A stretch of DNA of 64,000 nucleotides from a virus, in the IMG/VR virus record IMGVR_UViG_3300045988_142085, positions 96,001 to 160,000 of that record. One strand, 5' to 3'. Positions 27,951-37,796 of this stretch are shown here, in pieces (the first letter of the stretch is position 1; each line of letters opens with the position of its first letter). The translations under genes were made by a program, and so were the position numbers. The notes beneath the pieces are model-generated. The model had not been told where the DNA came from, did no database searches, and worked only from the letters and a program-made list of their open reading frames with translations.

Positions 27951-29075
27951 TTATCTAATTGATGCTTTTATTAATTTTACGTTATTAGTAACGAAGATTG
28001 TCGGAGTAATTGATTTACCGATCATATTTCCGTCTTTATCGCAAACGAATAATGTTTTATTGTTTTCATCCATAGCAAGAACTTCAGCTTTGGATACAGG
28101 AACACCTAGAACAGCTTCAGTTTGAGGCGGTATTTTTATAACGGAGCTCATGAAATTAATATAATATCCGGCTGCGCCAAAGAAATTAAGATTAACAAGA
28201 TTTGGTCTAATTTTTGCTGGGAACTCTTTATCACTAGTTCTTTCGATATTGGTATTTATACCTAGTCGAACATTATTTAACTCATCTTGAGTTAAAAGAT
28301 TTGCAACAGTAACAGTCGATACATCTGTTCCTTCTGAATTTTTTATAACGGCTTGATTATAGTTAGAATTTTTATAAACCTTTAAAAATTCATCTAAATC
28401 AAATGGTACGTCAACATGATTATTTTCTACGACAATATGCTCTTGAGCATTAAATACTATTTTTACCGGTACATTAGAACTATTTGTAAATCTAATAAAT
28501 CTTTTAATAGTATTATTTTGAGTATCTTTTTCACTTACCCATTGAGCATTAACATTATATTCAGCAACAATGTTATTAATATGTTTCAATACGCCAATAA
28601 CAGGCTCTTCAATCATATCGTAAGTTCTTAATGATTCAGAAATTTCTACAGTATCGATAATATTTTGAGCTGTTTTACTGTTTGTATAACTAGTAGGTTT
28701 TTCTTTTTTATAAGGGAAATTAACTACAGAAAGATAAAAATTAAGAATATCGTCTGCTTTATTTAATGCTGGTACATTAAAATTAATTATTTTACCTTCG
28801 CTATTAAAATGAGTCGGAGTACCATTAATTTCGATATAGCTATCGAATGGACCTGTTAACGATACAATATATTCATTATTTTCTTTTCTAATAGAATTTA
28901 ATGTAACTTCATTAGGTTTTATTAATTCATATGGAAATAATAAATCTAAATAATGAGTAACGTTCTCAGGAAACGGTGCTTTCTTTTCTCTTAAAAAATC
29001 ACTAAAAATTTTAAAGAAAAATTTATTTTTATATTCTAGAATTTCATCAGAAATATTTTGTATTTGCTCGGACAT
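27951..29075 (-). CDS. receptor-binding / tail fibre-like paralog 3 (374 aa)
   Basis: shared N-terminal module SEQIQNISDEI..APFPEN..LTGPFDSYIEING. Confidence 0.45.
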   Translation of the reverse strand: MSEQIQNISDEILEYKNKFFFKIFSDFLREKKAPFPENVTHYLDLLFPYELIKPNEVTLNSIRKENNEYIVSLTGPFDSYIEINGTPTHFNSEGKIINFNVPALNKADDILNFYLSVVNFPYKKEKPTSYTNSKTAQNIIDTVEISESLRTYDMIEEPVIGVLKHINNIVAEYNVNAQWVSEKDTQNNTIKRFIRFTNSSNVPVKIVFNAQEHIVVENNHVDVPFDLDEFLKVYKNSNYNQAVIKNSEGTDVSTVTVANLLTQDELNNVRLGINTNIERTSDKEFPAKIRPNLVNLNFFGAAGYYINFMSSVIKIPPQTEAVLGVPVSKAEVLAMDENNKTLFVCDKDGNMIGKSITPTIFVTNNVKLIKASIR

Positions 29076-29085
29076 ATATATCTCC

Positions 29086-30279
29086 TTAACTTATACGTTT
29101 CCACATATTAACGACGATATATGGAGGCATATTATTATGTGGTTGATTTTTACCGGACGGCAAGAAATTATGAGTATGAGCTCCGCTTTCACTTGTTTCA
29201 CCAGTCCAAGATTTAGAGGCTTTAAACCATACTCTTTGACGTGGGTCTCCTTTGTTGCCAGCCGGACCAATTGTCTCATGTCGTTCATGATAGAATGCAC
29301 CATGAACACCATAATCAAAGTTACTTTGCAGTGCTCCTACAAAATCACCAGTGATATCCATTGTACCACGAGTATGAGTATGGCCACCAGCCATTTCTCC
29401 AGCGCCATGGTTATGAGAAGCTAATTCGTCTTCAGTTAGACGATGTTCTTTTTCGCCGCCAACTTCGTTAAGGTTAAAACCATCGCCGCTGTTAACAAGC
29501 ATACGACCTGCCGGCATTCTTTCCCATGTACCACCAAAAATAGCAGCTGGATCGACATTATTAATATTCATATAAATAGAACCGACCGGATATAATTGAC
29601 CAGCTAATCGGTTTAATTGATCCAAAGCTGAGCTTAATTTTTTATTTAACTGTCCGACAGTTACCACATCGTTAGCTTCGACTCCGTCGGCTACATTACT
29701 AATAATACGTTTAACTTCAGTGTTACCGACCGATATTTGATTAGCAAGCGCAGCAACCGAGTCTGCACCTAACGCAACACTGTTGTCACCAGTTGCCGAA
29801 GCATTAACGCCAACGGAAGTGCCACGACCCAAAATAGAATTACCGATAGACATTGCTTTATCTCGGAGCTTGTACGCAATTGTCGTAGCGATTTTTGGGC
29901 GACCGCTCTCATTAGATATAGAAATATTGTCGCCAGCAATAATGCCATTAATACCTGTTCTTTCATCGATCTCCTCTTTAGTATACGTTTCGTCACGGCC
30001 CATAAATAATTTAGCTGTTTGCGTCTTCGTATAATAAGGACTTAAATCGACTTCGGCACTAATTTCGTTATTACTATTAATGCTAATAGAGTTACCTGCT
30101 TTAAGTTTATTTTGTTTAGATTCTTTTAAATTTTGAATATCTTCAAAATTCTGAATCATCTCGTCGGGATCTTGAATATAGATCTCGCTTTTATTATATT
30201 TATTATTACTCTTAGCAGTCTTTAATTGCAAAGCACTTAAAATATTGACTTTAAGAGATTCAACTTTTAATTTATTCAC
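29086..30279 (-). CDS. tail fibre protein with phage tail-collar-like domain and His-rich (HxH) C-terminal tip (397 aa)
   Basis: LYPVGSIYMNINNVDPAAIFGGTWERMPAGRMLV resembles the tail-collar domain; HNHGAGEMAGGHTHTRG and AHTHNF are HxH motifs as in T4-type fibre tips. Confidence 0.55.
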   Translation of the reverse strand: MNKLKVESLKVNILSALQLKTAKSNNKYNKSEIYIQDPDEMIQNFEDIQNLKESKQNKLKAGNSISINSNNEISAEVDLSPYYTKTQTAKLFMGRDETYTKEEIDERTGINGIIAGDNISISNESGRPKIATTIAYKLRDKAMSIGNSILGRGTSVGVNASATGDNSVALGADSVAALANQISVGNTEVKRIISNVADGVEANDVVTVGQLNKKLSSALDQLNRLAGQLYPVGSIYMNINNVDPAAIFGGTWERMPAGRMLVNSGDGFNLNEVGGEKEHRLTEDELASHNHGAGEMAGGHTHTRGTMDITGDFVGALQSNFDYGVHGAFYHERHETIGPAGNKGDPRQRVWFKASKSWTGETSESGAHTHNFLPSGKNQPHNNMPPYIVVNMWKRIS

Positions 30280-30321
30280 GCTATAATCCTTTCATTAGTC
30301 GATATACATTATATTACAACA

Positions 30322-30972
30322 TTATTTAACTAATCTAAAGAAATTAATGCGATTTGCTAACATACAACGAGATGGATTCTTATAATTATTTAATCCTCTA
30401 AACTTATATCCTAAGTAAATACTTTTTTTAAATAATCGGCACCATCTGCGGTCATCTTTAATACAGAAAATTTTATTTTTCATGTCGACAGCAACATAAT
30501 AATCTTCTTGGTCGACATATACTTTAACGTCTCGAGGATGAACATGCATACCGAATATATAGTAAGCAAAGCCATATCCACAGTTTCGATATAACCAAGC
30601 ACATCGACATACATATCGTTGCCACCATTCTTTACGAGTAAAGTTAGCATCGATTACGTCGACATATCCCGGAATCATATATCCGTCGCCCTTATTTTCG
30701 AAATGGTATAAATAATGTTTATTAAAATCGTATTGAGCGAATTTCGGTACATTATTTTCATAGATCATCCAAGCCACATCGAGACAGTTATCATACGTTT
30801 GCCATAATTTAAAAATCTTAGGAAGATTACCTTTATTGTCGGCAAACAATACGACGAACCAGTTCGTTAAATAACATAGCATCATGCAGAGCAAATTTGC
30901 TCCGCACAACACTAACCATTTTAAATAATACTTATTCAGCATCATTTTTTTCCTTGTATGTACCAACTTCAC
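30322..30972 (-). CDS. Trp/Tyr/Cys-rich membrane-anchored hypothetical protein (216 aa)
   Basis: ORF track; hydrophobic N-terminal segment. Confidence 0.45.
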   Translation of the reverse strand: MKLVHTRKKMMLNKYYLKWLVLCGANLLCMMLCYLTNWFVVLFADNKGNLPKIFKLWQTYDNCLDVAWMIYENNVPKFAQYDFNKHYLYHFENKGDGYMIPGYVDVIDANFTRKEWWQRYVCRCAWLYRNCGYGFAYYIFGMHVHPRDVKVYVDQEDYYVAVDMKNKIFCIKDDRRWCRLFKKSIYLGYKFRGLNNYKNPSRCMLANRINFFRLVK

Positions 30973-31189
30973 TATTATATTTACTATTAATAAATTTATT
31001 AGCGATTTGGGTGGCAGCAGAACCGCCGCCAGTTAAACTAGCGAGAGTTTCATAATGTTGCCAGTTGTGACCGGTAGCAACTAAATATAAAGTTACTCCG
31101 ATCAACAAAAGCAACAAAGAGAAAGAGATGACGCGAGTATAACTTAATTGTTCGTTTTCAAATAACATCATTTTAAATATTTTAGTCAT
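30932..31189 (-). CDS. small membrane protein (85 aa, one transmembrane segment), holin-like or antiholin candidate
   Basis: hydrophobic core SFSLLLLLIGVTLYLVA with charged C-terminus. Confidence 0.4.
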   Translation of the reverse strand: MTKIFKMMLFENEQLSYTRVISFSLLLLLIGVTLYLVATGHNWQHYETLASLTGGGSAATQIANKFINSKYNSEVGTYKEKNDAE

Positions 31190-31703
31190 CTTTTTTTTCC
31201 CTCAATTTTAATTTTAATTCGCCAAAAGATACACTTTCAAATTTATCTAACACAGATTTATCGAGCTTAGAAATAATATCGTGATTATATTTAATCAGCA
31301 TATAGTTTTCTTTAAAGCTCCATAGCTCTGTAAGAACGATTGCAAGATAACACATAATAGATATAGCATCCATTAATTGTCCGAATCCGTTATGAACAGT
31401 GACCGGTATCTTTATAACATCGATACCGAAGGCAAATAAACATAATAAAGAATATTCAAACAACTTAAAAACAAAGCCGCGATAAAACACGCGGCTTGAT
31501 TTTTGTTGGCCCCATCCACCCCAGAACACATTAATTATTGTTTTATAGTGCCATAAGCTATGCTTCGTAACTGTTAAACTAAACAGTTTCATTATCGTAT
31601 CGATAATGATTAAAACAAACGTAATACAAAAAAACATAATTAAGCGTTCTACGGCGTCTGGAGCATAATTGTTTAAGAATATAAAGAAATTAAATAATTG
31701 CAT
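31182..31703 (-). CDS. multi-pass membrane protein (173 aa), putative holin (TcdE / Phage_holin_4_1-like)
   Basis: 3-4 hydrophobic segments and a charged C-terminal tail; loose similarity to Clostridium TcdE-type holins; follows the 1322-aa gene. Confidence 0.35.
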   Translation of the reverse strand: MQLFNFFIFLNNYAPDAVERLIMFFCITFVLIIIDTIMKLFSLTVTKHSLWHYKTIINVFWGGWGQQKSSRVFYRGFVFKLFEYSLLCLFAFGIDVIKIPVTVHNGFGQLMDAISIMCYLAIVLTELWSFKENYMLIKYNHDIISKLDKSVLDKFESVSFGELKLKLREKKDD

Positions 31704-31763
31704 ATTCTTTTCCTTAAGTCTTTAGCGAGAGAAGATTATGAAACCTTAAGGAAAGATTTTAAA

Positions 31764-34700
31764 TTATTCACCCTTCAATGCTTTAATAGCATCGAGAATA
31801 GGTTGCAAGTCGGCTTGAGTAATGAAGCCTTTTTCTTTTAACTTAGTTTCGATATCTTCAAGTTTTAAGAATTTAGTTTCAGCTTCTAATTTAGTTTCGT
31901 ATGGAGTTAAATCGACTGCATGATCTTCGGCAACAATTCTAAGTTTAGATTTATTACCGTCAGCTGCATCTTCGAAAGATTGAACTGTAATGCCTTGACC
32001 GCCAACGATACCGTTAAAGATTTGTTCTTCGAAAGCATCTTTTGTAACGCGTGCTTCGATAGCTGTATCGATAGCAGCTACTTTAGTATCGTAATCGGAT
32101 TTAGTAACAGTTTCTGCTTTCTTAGCATAAGGAGTTAAATCGACAGAAACGCCAGAAGCTGTAACAGTTTTAGTACCTTCGTCATAAGACAAGCCAGAAC
32201 CGAATGTTAATTTATCTTGTTTACCGGCAATAGTCGGATCAGCTTCGATAATATCGGTTACACCTTGAGCTGTTACGTAAGTACCTTTTGGAGCATAAAT
32301 ACCGTCTGCAGTTTCACGATCCAAGAAAGATTTTGCCGTAATTGCATTATTGATAGCATTTGTGAAAGCAGGGCTAGTAGCAACATTATCTAAATCGCCA
32401 CGAGTCATGTAATCACCACGAGCTTGGAATACGTTTTGAGCTGCAGTTAAATCAAGTTTACCGGCCAATGCCGTATTGATTTCGTCGAACTTAGTTTTAT
32501 TTTTACCGATTTGATCGTCGACATATTCGATAGTAGCATAGTTGCCTACGCCTTGATACAAGCGATCAGATTCGTCTTTAGTGATATAACCATCTTTAAG
32601 AGTTTTAGTTAACTCTTCTTTAGTAACGTAGTTACCTTTAAGTTGGAAAATACCTTTAAGAGTTTCCAAATTAGTCGCAAGTTTTGCATCGATAGCAGCA
32701 TCTGTTTCTTGAGCTGTCATCATGTCGTCTTTGATACGAGCAATTTCTGTGCCGTATGTATCACGAGCCCAGTTAGCAAATTCTACTTTAGTTTGGTAAG
32801 CAGCAGCAGCTTCTTCAGATTTGTCGTTAACTAATTTTTCTAATGCAGTTTTAGCAGCAGCTAATGCGTTTTCTTGTGCAGTAATAGCTGTGTTAAGAGT
32901 TTGTTTTGCATCTTCAAAATCGGTAGTAGATACCTTACCAGCAACTTCGTCTTTAGTAGCTTTCTTAGCCAATTCAGCAAGAATAGATTCTACGGAAGAT
33001 TTGTTATCGTTAACGCCAGATTGGATATTAGCGATAGTTTGAACGGCATCTTTAATAGCGCCTAATTTGTTATCGACAATACCTTCGACTTGAGTTTGAG
33101 TCAAGCCAGAACCGCCGGCAGCAATAGTTGCATTATCTAACTGTTGTTTTGTCGCGAATGTATCGTCGGCATATTTTTTAAGTTCAGTAGCTTTTGTACC
33201 GATTTCTGTCGTTACTTCAGCTTTTTTAGCGTAAACATCAGCATCGGCTTTTGCTACGTATACATCGCCAAGACCGGCAACAGCTGCAGAAATATCTTCT
33301 GTTACTTTAGCAGATTTAGCATATGGTTCAAGATCGGCAGTATGTACTAAAGTATTTTTATCGAGACCTTCGATAGCAGCTTTGTTAGCATCGGCGATAT
33401 CTTTAACTTCAGTAAGTTTTTCAGCTGTAGCATATTCACCTTTAGGTTGGTAATCACGATCAGCCGCTTCTTTAGTTACGTATTCGCCTTTTTCTTGATA
33501 ACCAGCGAGTTTAGCAGTAAGTTTAGTATCGATTAAATTAGGAACAGTAGCAGTTTCTAATGTATTTAATTTATTATCGATTTCGGTTGCTTTAGCTTCG
33601 AATACTGTTTTATCAGCTTTGTCAGCAAGAGCAGTTACGTCGGCTTTACCTAACAAGTCTGCAGCAGCTTTATCGGCTTTAGCTTGAACAGCAGTTAATG
33701 CGCTTACGTCAGCTTTATCAGCAAGTTTTTCGTTAAGTTTAGCTTCGCCTACGAATTTTTCTTGAGCTACGATAGCATCGACAACTTCTTTAACTTTATC
33801 GGCTACAGCTTGTGCATCCAGGCTAGCGCCTGTGCCAGTACCGCCGTTAAGAGCAAGGTCGTTAACTTTAGTTGTTAATTTACCGAGGTCTTCGATAGCT
33901 TTTTCGACTTTAGTTTTAGCGTCTTCAAGACCTGCAGCGTTTTCAGTCGCTTTAGCTTTAGCTTGTTGAGCAGTCGTATTTACTTCACGAACAGCAGCAT
34001 CGGCAACAGCTTTAGCAGCTTCGATATCTTCAGCTACTTGTACTTTATCAGCTTTATCTTTAAGTTTAGATGTAACGTCGTTTTTCTCTGCATATTCTTC
34101 AAGAGCAGTTACGTCGGCTTTTGTCGCTAATTTTTCGTTAACTTCGTCTTTAGTAAATACTTTATTTAACTTATCGAGTACGGCAGTTAAATCAGCGTGA
34201 CCAGCTAATTGTTGAGCGAGATCTTTAAGAGATTGCAATGTAGTCGGATCTAAAGAACCAATAGCTTGTACTTCAGCTTTAGTAGCATATTCGCCTTTAG
34301 GTTGATATGCTTCATTGGCTACAGCTTTAGTTACATAATTAACGAGAGCAGCCTCTACTTCTTTAGCTTTAGCATCGGCTTCAGCAGCTTTAGTTTTAGC
34401 TTCAGTTACAGCTTCGCCAGTTTTAGCTTCGGCTTTTGCTTCAGCAGCAGCAGATTTAGCAGCTTCGACAGCTTGAGCTAATTCATCTTTAGCTGCTTTC
34501 AAAGCTTCTTTAGTTGCTAATGGTTCAAGTGCAGTAGCGTCAGCTTTACCTTCCAATGCAGTATTAGCTTTTGCAGCTTCTTTTGCAGCATCGGTCGCAG
34601 CTTGTTTAGCGTCTGCAACATCGGCTACGCTAGCTTTACCTTCGAGTGCTGTATTAACAGCTTCTTGGTCCGCCTTGCGGCTTAACGCTTTTTCATTTTC

Positions 34701-35732
34701 TACTTTAGCTTGAGCCGCATCAATTTTCAATTTAGATACGTCATCAGAGATACCTTTTACTTTGGCATCGTTAAGAGTATCGGCAGCTTTACGTTCAGCA
34801 GTTTCTGCAGTTACGGCAGCTTTATTCGCATCGGCTTCTGCTTTAAGATTATCCAAAGCAGCTTTATCAGCTTTAGTAGCAAGAGCAGTAGCATCGGCTT
34901 TGCTAGCCAACTCTTCTTTAGTAGCTAAAGGAGTTAAATCGCTAGCGTTAGCTTTTTTAGCAAGCTCAGTATCGATAGCAGCTTTATCGGCTTTATCGGC
35001 AAGATCAGATTTTTTAGCATATGTAGCTTCTACTTCGGCAGCTTTAGCAAACGGAGTTAAATCGACAATGGCTTTAACTTTTTCAGTAAGTTCAGCTGCT
35101 TTAACTACGTCGTCGGCAGTAGCCGCTTTAGCAATAGCTTTTTCAAGGTCAGTATCTTTATCGTTAAGTTTTTTAATTAACTTATCGATAGCTTCTTTAT
35201 CGTATACTTTATCTTTATCTGCTTTTTTAGCAATTTCGGCAATGCTATCAGGATTATCGCGAAGCAATTCGATAGCATCTCTAAGTGTTTTAAGGTCTTG
35301 AGCAGATACGCCACCAGTTGCTGTTTCGAGTTCGGCTTTAGTCGCGAATTTAGCATCGGCGGCTTGATCAGCTTTACCTTGAGCTTCAGTAATTTTTTCA
35401 GCTACTTTAGCATCGGTGATGTATTCACCTTTTGGTTGATATTGAGCAGCAGCTTCAACTTTCGTTAAGAAAGTAATAACGTCTTGAGCTTGTTTAGCAG
35501 CAAGATCGGCAGCTACTTTAGCAACGGCAGCTTTATTAGCTTCGGCCAACGCCTTATTAGCAGCAGATGCTTCTTTGTTTGCACTAGCTTGTTTCGTTAC
35601 GTCTTCAACAGCTTTGTTATCGACTGGAGTAGTGGAACCACCTTGATTACCAGAACCACCAATTTCGATACCTTTATCACGTCTTGGATCATATAAACCG
35701 AAATGAGCCTTACCTACAAATTTTTTGGACAT
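31764..35732 (-). CDS. Ala/Lys/Asp/Glu-rich coiled-coil fibrous protein (1322 aa) with internal repeats (DLTPY..K motif)
   Basis: AAGGAG ribosome-binding site; extreme A/K/E/D/T composition with no hydrophobic segments; recurring DLTPYAK / DLTPLATK units. Confidence 0.6.
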   Translation of the reverse strand: MSKKFVGKAHFGLYDPRRDKGIEIGGSGNQGGSTTPVDNKAVEDVTKQASANKEASAANKALAEANKAAVAKVAADLAAKQAQDVITFLTKVEAAAQYQPKGEYITDAKVAEKITEAQGKADQAADAKFATKAELETATGGVSAQDLKTLRDAIELLRDNPDSIAEIAKKADKDKVYDKEAIDKLIKKLNDKDTDLEKAIAKAATADDVVKAAELTEKVKAIVDLTPFAKAAEVEATYAKKSDLADKADKAAIDTELAKKANASDLTPLATKEELASKADATALATKADKAALDNLKAEADANKAAVTAETAERKAADTLNDAKVKGISDDVSKLKIDAAQAKVENEKALSRKADQEAVNTALEGKASVADVADAKQAATDAAKEAAKANTALEGKADATALEPLATKEALKAAKDELAQAVEAAKSAAAEAKAEAKTGEAVTEAKTKAAEADAKAKEVEAALVNYVTKAVANEAYQPKGEYATKAEVQAIGSLDPTTLQSLKDLAQQLAGHADLTAVLDKLNKVFTKDEVNEKLATKADVTALEEYAEKNDVTSKLKDKADKVQVAEDIEAAKAVADAAVREVNTTAQQAKAKATENAAGLEDAKTKVEKAIEDLGKLTTKVNDLALNGGTGTGASLDAQAVADKVKEVVDAIVAQEKFVGEAKLNEKLADKADVSALTAVQAKADKAAADLLGKADVTALADKADKTVFEAKATEIDNKLNTLETATVPNLIDTKLTAKLAGYQEKGEYVTKEAADRDYQPKGEYATAEKLTEVKDIADANKAAIEGLDKNTLVHTADLEPYAKSAKVTEDISAAVAGLGDVYVAKADADVYAKKAEVTTEIGTKATELKKYADDTFATKQQLDNATIAAGGSGLTQTQVEGIVDNKLGAIKDAVQTIANIQSGVNDNKSSVESILAELAKKATKDEVAGKVSTTDFEDAKQTLNTAITAQENALAAAKTALEKLVNDKSEEAAAAYQTKVEFANWARDTYGTEIARIKDDMMTAQETDAAIDAKLATNLETLKGIFQLKGNYVTKEELTKTLKDGYITKDESDRLYQGVGNYATIEYVDDQIGKNKTKFDEINTALAGKLDLTAAQNVFQARGDYMTRGDLDNVATSPAFTNAINNAITAKSFLDRETADGIYAPKGTYVTAQGVTDIIEADPTIAGKQDKLTFGSGLSYDEGTKTVTASGVSVDLTPYAKKAETVTKSDYDTKVAAIDTAIEARVTKDAFEEQIFNGIVGGQGITVQSFEDAADGNKSKLRIVAEDHAVDLTPYETKLEAETKFLKLEDIETKLKEKGFITQADLQPILDAIKALKGE

Positions 35733-35747
35733 AGAATATTATCTCCT

Positions 35748-36167
35748 TTAATTCCAATAAATTAATTCAGCACTAAGTCTGTTTTTCAAATCATTGATAG
35801 ATTTATTTAAATAATCGTCGACTTGTGCATGAATATATTCTTGCAATGCGTCGCCAATTATTCTTAACAACTGGTCTAATGTTGGTTGATAGATACGTTG
35901 ATTCATTTGGTCGACAAATTTTGTTAACTCATCACGAACAGTATCTCGTACCTGATTAAAATCAGGTTTCTTTTTAAGGGCTTCCATTAAATCTGTATAG
36001 GTATTAATAGAGCCATCTTTTTCGAATTGCTTTAACGTATCAGCCCAGTATTCTAAATCATGAATATCTGGTTTATTATTAACGACACGAATAACTTCAT
36101 TTAATTTATAAACCAGGTATTGAATACTCGTTTCATCTAACGAGGCTTGATCGATAAAATGTTTCAT
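35748..36167 (-). CDS. hypothetical protein (139 aa), fibre-associated (possible chaperone or assembly factor)
   Basis: ORF track. Confidence 0.45.
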   Translation of the reverse strand: MKHFIDQASLDETSIQYLVYKLNEVIRVVNNKPDIHDLEYWADTLKQFEKDGSINTYTDLMEALKKKPDFNQVRDTVRDELTKFVDQMNQRIYQPTLDQLLRIIGDALQEYIHAQVDDYLNKSINDLKNRLSAELIYWN

Positions 36168-36171
36168 TCTC

Positions 36172-36747
36172 TTACCTCATAATTACGTTCGTAATAACTG
36201 ACTGTTGATTTCCTGGTTCAATCGAACATTCGTCATCAGTACATTTAATAAGAACTGCAAAATTTCCGTTACCAACAGTAGTGGTCGAGTTCTTCTCTAA
36301 AATAGATACCGGAATAATTAAATCACCGATATTCGATTCTTGATATAAACCAGAAATAACGATTTCAGATTTATTGCTTAATAAGTATGCAGAATAAACA
36401 CCTTCATAACATGAAGTAGAGCAGGTATCATTTTCCAATAATACCTGCTCATCATTCACTAACAATTCATCTGATAAAGATAATGAATTAGAGCCATAAG
36501 AGATTACATCTCCGTCTAATAAATTTTTACCGTTTAGTTTTAATTCTTTTACGAATAAATTGTTAACCATTATCTTATCGTTACGTTGGTTTTTATTAAG
36601 ATACTCGCTATTTATATTACTCAAAGTAATACCATTTTGGTCTAAATGTTCATTAATTTGAGTATGCACTTGATTAATAATTTCGGCCACATTATGATTT
36701 AAACTCATAAGTGAATCATTAATAGCACTTAATGAAATTTCATTCAT
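36172..36747 (-). CDS. small fibre-like protein (191 aa)
   Basis: Asn/Ser-rich; member of the fibre cassette. Confidence 0.45.
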   Translation of the reverse strand: MNEISLSAINDSLMSLNHNVAEIINQVHTQINEHLDQNGITLSNINSEYLNKNQRNDKIMVNNLFVKELKLNGKNLLDGDVISYGSNSLSLSDELLVNDEQVLLENDTCSTSCYEGVYSAYLLSNKSEIVISGLYQESNIGDLIIPVSILEKNSTTTVGNGNFAVLIKCTDDECSIEPGNQQSVITNVIMR

Positions 36748-36761
36748 TGAATAGCATCCTT

Positions 36762-37298
36762 TTATCTTATAAAAATGTTAGAAACCTTTTCGATATTATC
36801 GATAATCAAGTTATTTTCTAGAATAGATACTATAATTGTTTGATCGATATCCTTATAGATACCAGAATTTTTTACGATAAATAAACTAGAGAATTTATTA
36901 TTATTTTTAAAAACAATATTAATTTCATGAGCATGAGATAAATCTATGTTTTGTTTGACAGGGATTTCGACCCAATCATAAGAATTATCGCTTGCGCTCA
37001 ATAATTTTATTCCGTTATATAATTTACCGGACAATTCTCTACCGTTAAGTTCGATAGCATTTTCGTCGATATTTATATTCCCGACAATCTTTTGAGTATC
37101 TAAAGTATCGACAGAATAATCATATCGCTTAGTTTTTTTATAATACTGATTATCGTCGATCGTATAGTTTTCAATATTAAGAAAAACCATATTATCGACA
37201 ATATCATTTTTTCTAGTATTTAAATAATCTTGAATTTCGATAATTTTATTTTGCAAATCGGCAAGGTTAACAGAATCATCATTTATTAAACTAATCAT
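36762..37298 (-). CDS. small fibre-like protein (178 aa)
   Basis: ORF track. Confidence 0.45.
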   Translation of the reverse strand: MISLINDDSVNLADLQNKIIEIQDYLNTRKNDIVDNMVFLNIENYTIDDNQYYKKTKRYDYSVDTLDTQKIVGNINIDENAIELNGRELSGKLYNGIKLLSASDNSYDWVEIPVKQNIDLSHAHEINIVFKNNNKFSSLFIVKNSGIYKDIDQTIIVSILENNLIIDNIEKVSNIFIR

Positions 37299-37301
37299 AT
37301 G

Positions 37302-37796
37302 TTACCTTTTATATACCTTAAATTCTTTATCAGACGTAATAACGTTATCTTTTATTGCAATAAGATCGTTCTTAAAATCTTTTCCGCAATAATTAACAAT
37401 TAGCGGTACGGAATATCCGCCAATGTTAACCAGAATATAATAGTCACCTTTTTCCAAAGTGGAAGAAGTATATTCTTTATATTCTGGCAATGCCATGTCA
37501 TAATTATTTTTAACGGATCGATTATTGTAAGATAATTGTTTGTCGAACGATAATGATTTGTTGCCGACTACTATTTCACTGGCGCCAATCTTATCGTTAT
37601 TTAAAAATATAGTTCCAGCAACATCGACAGTATCAATCGATAAATTATTCAACATTTCATTTGTCGAAATAAAGTTGTCGTAAAAATCTAAAGCATTAAC
37701 ATATTGATCATTGCTAATAATAGTGGATTCTAAATTATTAATCTTGGAGATAAGACTATTAATCTCAATTCTTAGTGTATTAATATCTATCGACAT
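37302..37796 (-). CDS. small fibre-like protein (164 aa) with N-terminal coiled coil
   Basis: ORF track. Confidence 0.45.
   Translation of the reverse strand: MSIDINTLRIEINSLISKINNLESTIISNDQYVNALDFYDNFISTNEMLNNLSIDTVDVAGTIFLNNDKIGASEIVVGNKSLSFDKQLSYNNRSVKNNYDMALPEYKEYTSSTLEKGDYYILVNIGGYSVPLIVNYCGKDFKNDLIAIKDNVITSDKEFKVYKR

Noticed and set aside
34762-35301. Plus-strand 179-aa Ala/Ser/Leu-rich ORF, and other plus-strand ORFs at 32643-35696
   Set aside because: They are antisense to the Ala/Lys-rich 1322-aa gene. Low-complexity repeats generate open frames on the opposite strand.
31764-35732. Tape-measure protein assignment for the 1322-aa gene
   Set aside because: It has no hydrophobic or transmembrane segments or TMP-like motifs. 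It is highly charged coiled-coil with repeats, more consistent with a fibre. This remains uncertain.
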